The position numbers and the translations under genes were made by a program. From the UHGV virus genome UHGV-0038492: DNA of 64,000 bases; one strand, 5' to 3'. Source of the DNA: a virus. Under the pieces are notes generated by a model that worked only from the letters and a program-made list of their open reading frames with translations, had not been told where the DNA came from and made no database searches. Positions 39,394 through 48,907 of this stretch are shown here, in pieces (the stretch's first letter is position 1; the number at the start of each line of letters is the position of its first letter).

Positions 39394-40236
39394 ATGTTTC
39401 AGTTCGAACTAACCGAAGAAGAAAAGGTTATCAACAAGTTTAAAATTTCCCCTATCCCTACTGAAGAACAAATTAAGGAAATCGCTGAGCTACAAAACAC
39501 GTACACGTTTTACTATAAAGTTAAATCAGAAGCGTTTAACATTTTCTGGGTAGAAGGCGAGGTCGATTTCCCTAACAAGCTCATTAGTGCGGTTATGGAT
39601 ATTTTAGTACGGCCTGTTGAGACGCCTAAAGATCCAGAAATTCCGGATCAAATGACTTGTAGGCTAAAAGACAAGCCAACTGCGAAAGACGTCGCTTACT
39701 TCACAGACGAGATTCTACTTACCCCAAAACAAGCAGGCAAAGTTGAACCAATAATAGACCTTTTTTTCAGTGACGAATTCACTTATGTGGCTGAAGACAA
39801 CAAGCTAAAAGTGAGCTATGAGAGTGCTTGTTGTCACTCTCTTTTAAAAGATCTATTGGAAGACATAGAGGATGAAAGAATTCTGCTATTTACCGTTGAA
39901 AATATTACCGAACTCGATGCTGATGTATTTATCCACGACGTGGATGATGAAATTGGACGTTTTGTAATGGCAATTTGTCAACAAAAATATCTTGAAGGTA
40001 ACTTGCATCTCTTGGTCAAAAACGAACCACGGGTTCTTAAAGTTTTGAAGTCCCATGTACGGAAAATTAAGAGAAATAATGAATTATATAAACGTGTTTT
40101 CGAGAAATACGAAAAGGAAGTCAGACAACGTTTTTCACGCCATTGTTCCGGCTGGTTCGAAAATCACGGTGTGGAACTCGCCCAGCTGTTTGATCAGTTT
40201 TATAATGAGATGAGGAAGATTCAAGATCTTAAATAA
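39394..40236 (+). CDS. hypothetical protein
   Basis: AAGGAG upstream of ATG. Confidence 0.6.
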   Translation: MFQFELTEEEKVINKFKISPIPTEEQIKEIAELQNTYTFYYKVKSEAFNIFWVEGEVDFPNKLISAVMDILVRPVETPKDPEIPDQMTCRLKDKPTAKDVAYFTDEILLTPKQAGKVEPIIDLFFSDEFTYVAEDNKLKVSYESACCHSLLKDLLEDIEDERILLFTVENITELDADVFIHDVDDEIGRFVMAICQQKYLEGNLHLLVKNEPRVLKVLKSHVRKIKRNNELYKRVFEKYEKEVRQRFSRHCSGWFENHGVELAQLFDQFYNEMRKIQDLK

Positions 40237-40322
40237 AGGGTTGAAACCCACTTTCGATAATTATTAAACAGGGGAATTTACCCCCCCCCTCCACATAGAG
40301 TAAATCCCTAAAGGAGCATTAA

Positions 40323-40838
40323 ATGTCTGTAACAATCAACATGAATCTTTATACCAAACGTGAACGTCAAATCTTGGCTAATCAGCCAGGCGTTACTACT
40401 ATCGACGGTAAACCTATCGACCCATTAAAAGTCGTTGTCGCACACAACTGTTTCGAGAAAGACTGGGACATCATGTATTTCCGTTGCCGTTCTGTCGCAA
40501 ACGCACTTACCCAGCTCTCGAATTATCATCCTGGTCCAGTATTAAAAGACTGGGTTTGGTTAGTCCCTAAAACACCTTCAGCGATTGAGTATCCGTCGGG
40601 TATGGTCTATATTCGTCCTGTCGCTTATCCAGAACGTTTAAAAGAATATCTGGAGGTTATCTGGGACCGACCTCGTAAAGAGCTGGTGACGATTATCCGT
40701 TTACTTCAAATGTGCGATATCCCCAATGTTTCGAATCTGAAACTTACGTCTCGCGATGTTAACCAGGCTTACTGGGAACTGGAGTGGACTGAAATGAAAT
40801 TCGAAAACACTAACCGCATTTTCTTGCACCGGGGGTAA
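40323..40838 (+). CDS. hypothetical protein
   Basis: AAAGGAG upstream of ATG. Confidence 0.6.
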   Translation: MSVTINMNLYTKRERQILANQPGVTTIDGKPIDPLKVVVAHNCFEKDWDIMYFRCRSVANALTQLSNYHPGPVLKDWVWLVPKTPSAIEYPSGMVYIRPVAYPERLKEYLEVIWDRPRKELVTIIRLLQMCDIPNVSNLKLTSRDVNQAYWELEWTEMKFENTNRIFLHRG

Positions 40839-40840
40839 AA

Positions 40841-41122
40841 ATGTTAGATTGGTTGTTGGGCTTAATTAACTCACGTCAACAGGAGCTTTATAAAGAAAAC
40901 ACGCGGTTACGGCAGCAGCTTAGTAACAATCGTCAAACCAAACGACAATTAATTCGGATGGTAAAACAACAGGCGCGCTGTATACGCGATATCGATTATC
41001 AGTATCACCGTCTGAATACCTTAGACCCAACAACAAAAGCTTTAGGTAGTACGATTGGACACGCACGTAAAGTCAGTCACGATGCGTTAGTTCGAATCGA
41101 TACAGTCGAAGAGAAACTGTGA
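40841..41122 (+). CDS. small hypothetical protein
   Basis: 93-codon ORF. Confidence 0.5.
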   Translation: MLDWLLGLINSRQQELYKENTRLRQQLSNNRQTKRQLIRMVKQQARCIRDIDYQYHRLNTLDPTTKALGSTIGHARKVSHDALVRIDTVEEKL

Positions 41123-41165
41123 TTAGCTCTCCCTCGGGATTACCGAGGGAGATAAGGCGATTTAC

Positions 41166-41555
41166 ATGATGCGTTTATCTTACATTAAAAGACGTTTGTT
41201 ACTAAAAGCTCAACTGTATGCTAACGGGAAAGTTAAAAACTGGCTATGCGGTGAAAGGGTACAACGTATCGTTAGTGAGGGCGACTGGTATACAGAAATC
41301 GTGGTTTCACCAAACGGTGAGCTTATAAACGTTACTATTCGTGACGTTTTAGTTAAGATTGGCAGGGCAGGTGGCCTGCTGTTTGAATCGGAAACTACAA
41401 AAGTCGTTGCTAAACAATTGAAAGAAGGTCGGGTTATATTCAATGTCACCGCCCAGAAATATTACGACCATTTATTCGAATGTCAACGAGCTTTGGACAG
41501 AATGACCCGTGAGATGCGAAGAATGCACATCACGGAGATCACTATAGGGGTTTAA
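41166..41555 (+). CDS. hypothetical protein
   Basis: 129-codon ORF. Confidence 0.5.
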   Translation: MMRLSYIKRRLLLKAQLYANGKVKNWLCGERVQRIVSEGDWYTEIVVSPNGELINVTIRDVLVKIGRAGGLLFESETTKVVAKQLKEGRVIFNVTAQKYYDHLFECQRALDRMTREMRRMHITEITIGV

Positions 41556-41866
41556 TGATGGAAAGTAAAATCACGAACACAACGACACCTGAGAACATTG
41601 TCAACTACATTCTCAGTGGCGGGTTATTAGAAGACAACAAAGAAACGTGCGATAAACTCGTTTCTCAACTACTGCCGATTCGTTCAGAATACTGCGAAGT
41701 CGTTATCCTGGGTTCTGAGTATTGCGTACGTTCCTACTGTCGTCGTTTCGAAGCCTTACGTGTTCCACGTACGTTAGGTGGCGTGATACTCTTAGTCTCT
41801 AACTTTCACAATGCACACGTTCGTGTTGCAACCTGGATTGCTAACGGTGGTGACAATGGTTTTTAA
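41555..41866 (+). CDS. hypothetical protein
   Basis: 103-codon ORF with overlapping start. Confidence 0.5.
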   Translation: MMESKITNTTTPENIVNYILSGGLLEDNKETCDKLVSQLLPIRSEYCEVVILGSEYCVRSYCRRFEALRVPRTLGGVILLVSNFHNAHVRVATWIANGGDNGF

Positions 41867-42164
41867 ATTGTTAGGTTTCGGAAAATGCAAAGAGTGCGCA
41901 AAGCACGAAGAATATATCAAGTTATTAGAAGAAACGGTTGAAACGCAAAAAGAACTTATCTCTGAATACCGCGCGAAAACCGGTTCAGTGGAATATCTGA
42001 CCATCCTTGTTTGTGCTATTGCTGAATTGGGTTGTGAGGGAAAATTACCTAAAGAAGAGATATTAAAATTATTAAAAGAAAAAACAGAGTTCTACCGTAA
42101 AGAAATTGATGATTATAAACGTGAAGTTATAAGAGCGAATTGGGAGGTTATTAATGAAGCGTGA
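41856..42164 (+). CDS. hypothetical protein with CKECAK motif
   Basis: internal ATG at 41856 of the track ORF; overlaps the upstream stop by 11 nt. Confidence 0.45.
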   Translation: MVFKLLGFGKCKECAKHEEYIKLLEETVETQKELISEYRAKTGSVEYLTILVCAIAELGCEGKLPKEEILKLLKEKTEFYRKEIDDYKREVIRANWEVINEA

Positions 42165-42435
42165 AACAGTTGTATTTCGTAGCAACGGTGATGTGGTTTT
42201 GTATCGTGGTAAGAAACGTATTCGTACGTTAGAATACCGAGAAGCAAAACGTTTTGTTGAAGAGTGTGCATGGTTAATGCATTACGAAGGGAACTATCGA
42301 GCTATCTTAGAAGCACCGCGTTTAGAACGTGCGGTTGCACAGATGGCAATAGGTAATCCTAAGAACTGTTACCTGGCACGTAAGCCAAAATACCTACAGC
42401 GGCTTTCGTTAGGCAGCTTTATTGCTGGATTTTAA
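42154..42435 (+). CDS. hypothetical protein
   Basis: 93-codon ORF. Confidence 0.5.
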   Translation: MKRETVVFRSNGDVVLYRGKKRIRTLEYREAKRFVEECAWLMHYEGNYRAILEAPRLERAVAQMAIGNPKNCYLARKPKYLQRLSLGSFIAGF

Positions 42436-42446
42436 TAAAAATAATT

Positions 42447-42496
42447 TCAGATATATATTACCTAGGTGAGAGTTCAGCTACTCTCACTTAACTAAA
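42447..42496 (+). promoter_or_regulatory. promoter-like motif TCAGATATATATTACCTAG plus hairpin plus TTAACTAAA
   Basis: exact motif copy; hairpin gtgagagt-tcagct-actctcac. Confidence 0.45.
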
Positions 42497-42516
42497 CCAT
42501 TTTAGGAGCATATACC

Positions 42517-43011
42517 ATGAACTTCACTAGACTTGATTACACTAACGAATTAGTTGACAAAGAAAAATACAAATTCACCGTTGATTTGGGTTACGGATTA
42601 CTGGACGTAGAAAAAGATGTTCTGCACAAAGAATTCCGTGAGCAGTTCGGTGCTTTGTTCTGCGCAGGTTTCCGCAGAAACACTATTGATATCGGCTATA
42701 GCGCAACAGCGTATACCGACGAAGAAATGTTTAAGCTGGTAACACAGATTGTCGGAACGCGTGGAGCCAAACGACTCAACTATTCCAATGAGCTTGTTTC
42801 GAAAGAACATTACAAGTTCACCGTTAGACTACCTGTTCACCTCACAGAAGAAGATAAGAACATCCTCTATAAAGCTCTTCAAACCGAATTCGGTAAAACG
42901 CTCAAAGTAGGGTTCCGTAGTCGTAGTATCGACATCGGGATTAGTGTAGACGTATGCAGTGACGATGACCTTTACGAACTAGTTTCGGAAGTTATCGGAA
43001 AACATCTTTAA
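42517..43011 (+). CDS. hypothetical protein made of two tandem ~80-aa repeats
   Basis: halves RLDYTNELVDKEKYKFTV... and RLNYSNELVSKEHYKFTV... align. Confidence 0.6.
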   Translation: MNFTRLDYTNELVDKEKYKFTVDLGYGLLDVEKDVLHKEFREQFGALFCAGFRRNTIDIGYSATAYTDEEMFKLVTQIVGTRGAKRLNYSNELVSKEHYKFTVRLPVHLTEEDKNILYKALQTEFGKTLKVGFRSRSIDIGISVDVCSDDDLYELVSEVIGKHL

Positions 43012-43055
43012 CGTAAATTAACACTTCGACTTGTAAATCTAAAAGGAAAAATAAA

Positions 43056-43847
43056 ATGGCTACTTTAACTATTGCTAATACTCTTACTCCTCGTAAAATG
43101 AAACGTCTTACGACTTTTATCTCTCGCTGCACACCTAGCGTCAAATTGGAAACGACCTCTGACAAAATCACGTTTTGGACTTATAGTGACGTAGAACTTG
43201 AAACTGTGAAAGGGTTTGTTAATGGGCTAGTTGAAAATACCGCATCATCGCTCGTTATTAGCTTCACTAGCGAAAATAGCGAGATGAACGAAGCAACAAT
43301 TTCGGATGCAATCTATTACGCGACTGGCAATAATTTTGATACCGCCGACAGACTTAATCTTTCTAATAACCTTTGTAAAATCGACGACAAGACTTACATC
43401 CTATATTTTAATAGTCCGTTCCCACAAATCGGAGGTTTTAAACATTATCTTTCAATGAAACCTATCTTGGGTATAGAAGTTTTCTCTACGGATCTTGAAG
43501 ACAATGTACAGCTAAACCGTATTCGTTATCGCGGTAAACGTCCAACCGAAACAGATTCTGAATACGGTGCTTGTGCTGAATATATTCTGGTTCATAAAGA
43601 TCGCTTCGCTTACTACAACCAAGACGATATTGAACGTCTTGTAGAAGCCGTCAATTTATACACTCGTGATTTTGCATTCCGATTGGTTTATAACACTTAT
43701 CCGAATGGTGTAACGGCTTTCTATATCCCTCCCTACCTTTTCGACAAGGTTTATTGTATTCTGTCTAAAGAACTGGAAAAAATTAAACCGGTTTTCGTGG
43801 GCGAAGACGCTATGGCTTATATCAGGAGTGGTGCTAATGTCCTCTAA
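43056..43847 (+). CDS. hypothetical protein
   Basis: 263-codon ORF. Confidence 0.6.
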   Translation: MATLTIANTLTPRKMKRLTTFISRCTPSVKLETTSDKITFWTYSDVELETVKGFVNGLVENTASSLVISFTSENSEMNEATISDAIYYATGNNFDTADRLNLSNNLCKIDDKTYILYFNSPFPQIGGFKHYLSMKPILGIEVFSTDLEDNVQLNRIRYRGKRPTETDSEYGACAEYILVHKDRFAYYNQDDIERLVEAVNLYTRDFAFRLVYNTYPNGVTAFYIPPYLFDKVYCILSKELEKIKPVFVGEDAMAYIRSGANVL

Positions 43848-44268
43848 ACTTAAAGATGAATTGCGTGATTACATTCGTAAATACCCAGCCAGTATTCCGG
43901 TACTGGCTTCACTCTCTTTATCGGGTATGGACCTTAATACCTTAACGGTAGAAAAATTCCACGAAGTGGTAAAATCGTCGTATCAAATTGTTACCGATAT
44001 GTCAGTGCGGAAACGTGCTGACTACCCAGACGGTGATTTCGGTACAGAGATGTTCACAGACTACGCAGTTGCGTATCTGATGGGACGTCACTTTATCGAT
44101 AAGCTCAATACAGCTGTAGAAGGAGAAACCGTTACGGAAATTGTCAATGCTTGGCAACAACGTATTGTGAGTGACGCTTACTGTCGTCAAGCCTTAAAGA
44201 AAATGTCGGCGGTAGCATTAACCAACGACCAACGTGCTTTAGAGTTCCTTAAGCACAATTACGAATAA
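43837..44268 (+). CDS. hypothetical protein, paralog of 45532..45963
   Basis: LKDELRDYIRKYPASIPVLA vs LKDDIRNYIRNNPIALGVLA; ATG at 43837 after AGGAG. Confidence 0.55.
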   Translation: MSSKLKDELRDYIRKYPASIPVLASLSLSGMDLNTLTVEKFHEVVKSSYQIVTDMSVRKRADYPDGDFGTEMFTDYAVAYLMGRHFIDKLNTAVEGETVTEIVNAWQQRIVSDAYCRQALKKMSAVALTNDQRALEFLKHNYE

Positions 44269-44289
44269 TTTACCAAAAGGAAAAGTACC

Positions 44290-45462
44290 ATGTTTAATAT
44301 TGAGATTACACCGCTCGTTAAAACTGAAATCCGTCCGGTTCCTGAAGCACAGTTACTCGATCAACTTTATCGTATATTCCTGGATAAAGGTGTGCATTTC
44401 CGTGTAGAACAGGTCAATGACGAAAGCATCGTGTTCTACTGGACTCACAGCAACGATTATCTTTGCGATACTATCGCGAAAGAAATTGGTGAGTTGCTCA
44501 ACCCAGCAGCCACGAACGCCAAGGTAGAAACGACCGAGACTGAACAACCGAAAGTCGAAGAACAGCAGTGGCCTGAAACCAGCGCCGACAACCCGCTCGT
44601 CTATCGGTATGGTGCCGAAACGAATGAGAAAATTAAAGAAACATTAGAGGCTCTCTATCCTGATTATTTAACCATCAGTCAACAATGCGACGTGTTAGTT
44701 ATCTGGATGAATGATTTCGAACCCAAGCTCATTAAAGCTATTCGCATCACCGTTGCACTGATCGTCAAAGACGCCGTTCGCCTTATTTCGTTTGAAGGTA
44801 TCGGTCGACGTGACGCGGATGATTTCATGCGTGATGTCGTTCACGAACACAAGGAGAAAATTCTTCGGTCTAATTATGTTGGTGACACTCTAATTGTGCT
44901 TGTTGATAATGATCCCGTTATTATTAATCAGCTGAACATCCGTATGCGTAAGTTAACAAAGAAAATTTTTCTTAAAGGGGAGCAATCGCTTGAAGAGTCC
45001 AAAGTGTCTAAAGTCTTTACTTACACTGGTCCAGATGCCAAAGCGATTAACGATACTTTGGCAGCTTTCTATTCTAGCAAAGTAGAGACTAAACTCGAGG
45101 GCGAAGAACTCACCATTAAATGGAAATGGTGGGACATTGCTCTTGAAGAAGAAATTCATAGTCTTATTAAAGAGATTGTTGACAATCGTCTACGTCTTCT
45201 AACAATCACTACTATCGGTGGAGAAGATGCCGATGCGTTTATAAGCGGGGTTCTTCGCGCGTATCCTGAGAAAGTCCGTCAATGGACTTACAATGACGAT
45301 ACACTTATCATCCTGCTCAACTATGAACCTGGCCTTATTGGGAAATTGAAGGATCGTCTACGCGATCTGTGGTACAAACGATTTCTTAAGGATGGGTCGA
45401 AAGAGCTCATTAAACGATTGTTTTCTGATTGCAACTGTCCTATATGTCAGAAGCATCGCTAA
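44290..45462 (+). CDS. hypothetical protein with internal duplication and C-terminal CNCPIC motif
   Basis: repeats FEGIGRRDADDFMRDVV... and TIGGEDADAFISGVL... Confidence 0.6.
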   Translation: MFNIEITPLVKTEIRPVPEAQLLDQLYRIFLDKGVHFRVEQVNDESIVFYWTHSNDYLCDTIAKEIGELLNPAATNAKVETTETEQPKVEEQQWPETSADNPLVYRYGAETNEKIKETLEALYPDYLTISQQCDVLVIWMNDFEPKLIKAIRITVALIVKDAVRLISFEGIGRRDADDFMRDVVHEHKEKILRSNYVGDTLIVLVDNDPVIINQLNIRMRKLTKKIFLKGEQSLEESKVSKVFTYTGPDAKAINDTLAAFYSSKVETKLEGEELTIKWKWWDIALEEEIHSLIKEIVDNRLRLLTITTIGGEDADAFISGVLRAYPEKVRQWTYNDDTLIILLNYEPGLIGKLKDRLRDLWYKRFLKDGSKELIKRLFSDCNCPICQKHR

Positions 45463-45531
45463 TTAACTAAATTCGTACAAGGGGTGGTTTACCACCCCTC
45501 TATTATTGTATTTACCTAAAGGAGTATTAAA

Positions 45532-45963
45532 ATGTTTTTCGTATTAAAAGATGATATTCGTAACTACATTCGTAACAATCCGATTGCTCTAGGCGTTTTA
45601 GCAGGTTTCTGTCGTCCAAATACTGACTTCGATTTAGTTAAGTTAGAAGAATATCAAGAAATTGTGAATACTACCTACCTGCACATCTGTAGCTGGGGTA
45701 AACGTCCTCGTGAAGAGTACCCTGTGGGTGAGTTAGGTGACACCATGCACCGTGACCAGAATCTGATGCACGAATTCGTTGAATACACACTGGAAAATCT
45801 TAACTATCCGCTCCTGGTCGACACTGTACCAGAAATGGTTGACGAATGGTTAAAACGTGTTTATAGCGATCCTACCGCCAACAAGTTACTGAGCCAGATG
45901 TCACAAACTTCTCGTGACATCGACACTCGTACGCTGATGTACTTAGCACATAATGTTCGCTAA
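45532..45963 (+). CDS. hypothetical protein, paralog of 43837..44268
   Basis: AAAGGAG upstream of ATG. Confidence 0.6.
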   Translation: MFFVLKDDIRNYIRNNPIALGVLAGFCRPNTDFDLVKLEEYQEIVNTTYLHICSWGKRPREEYPVGELGDTMHRDQNLMHEFVEYTLENLNYPLLVDTVPEMVDEWLKRVYSDPTANKLLSQMSQTSRDIDTRTLMYLAHNVR

Positions 45964-45969
45964 CCTCTT

Positions 45970-46030
45970 TCCGCTATAGGCTTCGGTCTATAGCGGAATT
46001 AATTTTCTTCCCCTTTTCTTTTTTTGTTAT
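45970..46030 (+). terminator. intrinsic terminator
   Basis: hairpin ccgctatag-gcttcggtc-tatagcgg followed by T-rich tract. Confidence 0.55.
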
Positions 46031-46130
46031 TTTGACACCACTTTACTTACACCCTACCCGACTATTCCTATGCTGGCTGAGGGATGTAAAACGACCTCTT
46101 AAACCTTTTTACTTACTGTGAGTTAACGCG

Positions 46131-46979
46131 ATGTCTCTTACGTCAAAACAGAAACTGCTAAAACTCATCAACACTGAAAACAATATTATTCCACCGTTGA
46201 CTTTCAGTGATGTTGAAATCGGGGAACCTACCGGTACTGGGGTTGATACCCAGGTGGTTCTGACCTCTAAACTTAAAGGCGATGAGTCTACTACTTTAAC
46301 AGTGACTTACCACCGTCGTAACTTACCTGACTACCTAACCGGTGAGTTGGTATTCGGTAACGACAGTGTGGTAACCGCATCAGATTTGCTTAATGCGATT
46401 AACGCAAAATACAACCTAAATATTTTACCCTCGGATATCGTTGACGCAAAAGTTGAAGGCGAAACCCATCAGCTTACCGCTAACGAGAAATCTTACGAGT
46501 GGTGCGGTGTAGTAACGCTTACGCTGCGCGATCCTATTGACCTGACTGAACTGTTACCGGTTACTCAATTAGAGAATCTGGTAGAGTATCCGTCCACGAA
46601 GAAAGGTAACGCGGCGGTTTATTCTCACCCGATTGATTTCACCGCAGAAAAAGATTACCTTGACCCGATTACTATCAACGACGCTGTAGACTTGGTAGAA
46701 TTAGCTACTAAACTGGATAGCGTCGTTGACGAGAAATGGGTAAGCGTACCTAAGAACGCGGCTAACAACCTGTACGGAGCGAAGATTATTTACGATGGTC
46801 CAACCGCAGGTTACGAAGGCGCAAATACGAAGTTCACTCGTGTGTTGGTGCTAACACTCAGCCCGCTGTGTTCTAACCTGACCGGTAACCTGTTAATTCA
46901 CTTTAACGGGACCGATCGTCCGAAGTCGAAGATTGAATTAGCACAGACTAATCCGGTCTTACCGGGATTCTTAGATTAA
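46131..46979 (+). CDS. member of the six-gene structural-protein paralog family
   Basis: DLLNAINAKYNLNILPSDIVD aligns with the NLQPEDL motif of 26665 and 36829. Confidence 0.55.
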   Translation: MSLTSKQKLLKLINTENNIIPPLTFSDVEIGEPTGTGVDTQVVLTSKLKGDESTTLTVTYHRRNLPDYLTGELVFGNDSVVTASDLLNAINAKYNLNILPSDIVDAKVEGETHQLTANEKSYEWCGVVTLTLRDPIDLTELLPVTQLENLVEYPSTKKGNAAVYSHPIDFTAEKDYLDPITINDAVDLVELATKLDSVVDEKWVSVPKNAANNLYGAKIIYDGPTAGYEGANTKFTRVLVLTLSPLCSNLTGNLLIHFNGTDRPKSKIELAQTNPVLPGFLD

Positions 46980-46992
46980 GAGGATTACAGTA

Positions 46993-47472
46993 ATGGCCAA
47001 TCAAGAAACTATCTTCGACCTTATTAAAAAGGCTAACCCGGACGCTGAGTTCGACACCACCAAAGTCACACTGGGTGAACCGGTTGTGACCACCGGTACT
47101 TACAATACCGAAATTACGGTTGCGTCGATTAAGAATCTCGGTTATGTTAATAAGCAAACGTTCCAGTATAACCGCATTGACGCAGGTTTGTATTTCCTGA
47201 ACGTATTACCGAAATTGTTGGTAGAATCTGCAACGACTACCGCTGACTTACTGCCCGTCATTAACGAGCAGTACAGCCTAACCCTTACAGAAGACGACGT
47301 GTGGGTAGAACAGGTTGGTGAGTTACCGTTAGACGGTAGCGCAATCGAACACGGTATTTTCTTCCGTCCTGAGTGTCTGACCTGGGTTGGTGGTTTTACA
47401 GTGCGTGTTGCGCGTAAACCGGCTGACGCCACACCGCCAAAGACGGCGTCTCGCGCTAAAAAGAAAAAATAA
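46993..47472 (+). CDS. member of the six-gene paralog family; Lys-rich C-terminus
   Basis: ADLLPVINEQYSLTLTEDDV motif; N-terminus parallels 46131. Confidence 0.55.
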   Translation: MANQETIFDLIKKANPDAEFDTTKVTLGEPVVTTGTYNTEITVASIKNLGYVNKQTFQYNRIDAGLYFLNVLPKLLVESATTTADLLPVINEQYSLTLTEDDVWVEQVGELPLDGSAIEHGIFFRPECLTWVGGFTVRVARKPADATPPKTASRAKKKK

Positions 47473-47476
47473 TCAC

Positions 47477-47511
47477 AGGGTGGGGTAATCCCCACCCTCT
47501 TTTCTTTTTTG
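47477..47511 (+). terminator. intrinsic terminator
   Basis: hairpin agggtgggg-taat-ccccaccct plus T-run. Confidence 0.7.
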
Positions 47512-47534
47512 TGTAAAATAGGAGTTAAACGAAA

Positions 47535-48125
47535 ATGGCCGAACGTTGGACTAAAGAAGGTATTATTGAATCCAAAACCGATTTGGAAGGTGGGTACGTC
47601 AACGACCCTGACGACAAAGGTGGAGAAACCTGTCACGGGGTAACACTGACAACTGCACGCGAATACGGGTACAAAGGAAGAATGAAAGATCTGACCCGTG
47701 CGCAAGCGTTTGACATTTACGATCGTGGTTGGTGGAAGAAACTTAAACTCGATGAGATTTTCGCTATCTCGCCGATACTCGCCGACCGGATGTTTGATTT
47801 TGCTATTAACTCTGGCCGTGTTAACTGTGTGAAGTCATTACAACGTATTCTCAACGTTTTAAATAACGAAGGGAAACTTTACGCAGATATTGACACCGAC
47901 GGTGGTATGGGACCTAAAACACTAGGTGCTCTGAATGCTTATCTAAATTACCGTAAAGGCGAGGGATTAGGCATCTTAATCTTTGCGTTAATCTCACACC
48001 AGGTAACCTACTACACGGAAATCTCCGAAAAGCGTAAGAAGAATGAAAAATTCGCTTACGGCTGGTACGGACGTGTGTACAGGGAAATGCCGGATTATGT
48101 AGTGAAGGCGGGGTTAGTAAAATGA
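47535..48125 (+). CDS. endolysin: GH108-type lysozyme-like domain with C-terminal peptidoglycan-binding region
   Basis: N-terminal LEGGYVNDPDDKGGETCHGVT matches the GH108 signature; C-terminal GPKTLGALNAYL fits a PG_binding_3-type region. Confidence 0.7.
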   Translation: MAERWTKEGIIESKTDLEGGYVNDPDDKGGETCHGVTLTTAREYGYKGRMKDLTRAQAFDIYDRGWWKKLKLDEIFAISPILADRMFDFAINSGRVNCVKSLQRILNVLNNEGKLYADIDTDGGMGPKTLGALNAYLNYRKGEGLGILIFALISHQVTYYTEISEKRKKNEKFAYGWYGRVYREMPDYVVKAGLVK

Positions 48126-48226
48126 ATTGGTTTGCTAAACTCTTAGCGTTATTGTGGAAAGCGTTAACGTCTGGTCGAAAACGTAAAGACGAAAAACGTG
48201 GGCAAGAATTCTTCTGGTTTTTGTAA
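48122..48226 (+). CDS. possible 34-aa peptide overlapping the endolysin stop (not in the ORF track)
   Basis: ATGA overlap; MNWFAKLLALLWKALTSGRKRKDEKRGQEFFWFL is hydrophobic/amphipathic then basic. Confidence 0.25.
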   Translation: MNWFAKLLALLWKALTSGRKRKDEKRGQEFFWFL

Positions 48227-48241
48227 GGAAAGGTGTGGGTA

Positions 48242-48907
48242 ATGGAAAAGCTTCAATATAAACGTTTAGATGATAAGTGGTTTGTATTAACGGAGGATTA
48301 CCATTATCCGTTTACGTTACGTGAGATTTATCACGACCACGTACACTTAGACCGTGCGGTTTATTTAACCGGTGTATTACCTGACACGCAACTGTGGTTA
48401 ACCGCTCCGAAAGGGTTCGTAACGGACTTAGCGTCGATACCCGAACACTTACAGGGAATTTTCCATCCTGACGGGCCTTGGGCACCGGCTGCGTGTATTC
48501 ACGACTTGTTATACCAGAAATGCAGTACGGAACGTAGCTACCCTATGACGCCCGGTGGAAACGTTTCTCGCATTATCGATAAAGAGTTCGCTGACTTAAC
48601 GTTTCTGCGTATTATGCAGTCGTTAGAAATCTCACCGTATATCTGCCAAACGTTTTATAAAGCCGTTGTAGGATTCGGTTGGGATGCTTACGTAGACCCT
48701 AACGCGAAACCGTCTTATACCACTAACGACTACCGTACGTTAGATTACAATCGAAACTATTTGTTCGTTCGCGAGTTTAAGGAGCCTGCTATTCCTGACC
48801 ACGAACGAGTTGATATCACCACAGGTTGTCCCGTTAATGTCAAATACCTGAACATTAAACGGGCTTTTCTGTCTGGGAGGGAAGATGTTTCATCCAAATC
48901 CGAGTAA
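48242..48907 (+). CDS. hypothetical protein
   Basis: ATG at 48242 after AAGGAAAGG; the track start at 48233 is GTG. Confidence 0.55.
   Translation: MEKLQYKRLDDKWFVLTEDYHYPFTLREIYHDHVHLDRAVYLTGVLPDTQLWLTAPKGFVTDLASIPEHLQGIFHPDGPWAPAACIHDLLYQKCSTERSYPMTPGGNVSRIIDKEFADLTFLRIMQSLEISPYICQTFYKAVVGFGWDAYVDPNAKPSYTTNDYRTLDYNRNYLFVREFKEPAIPDHERVDITTGCPVNVKYLNIKRAFLSGREDVSSKSE

Noticed and set aside
47142-47705. 187-codon minus-strand ORF spanning the 46993 gene end, a terminator and the endolysin start
   Set aside because: Crosses an intrinsic terminator and two well-supported plus-strand genes.
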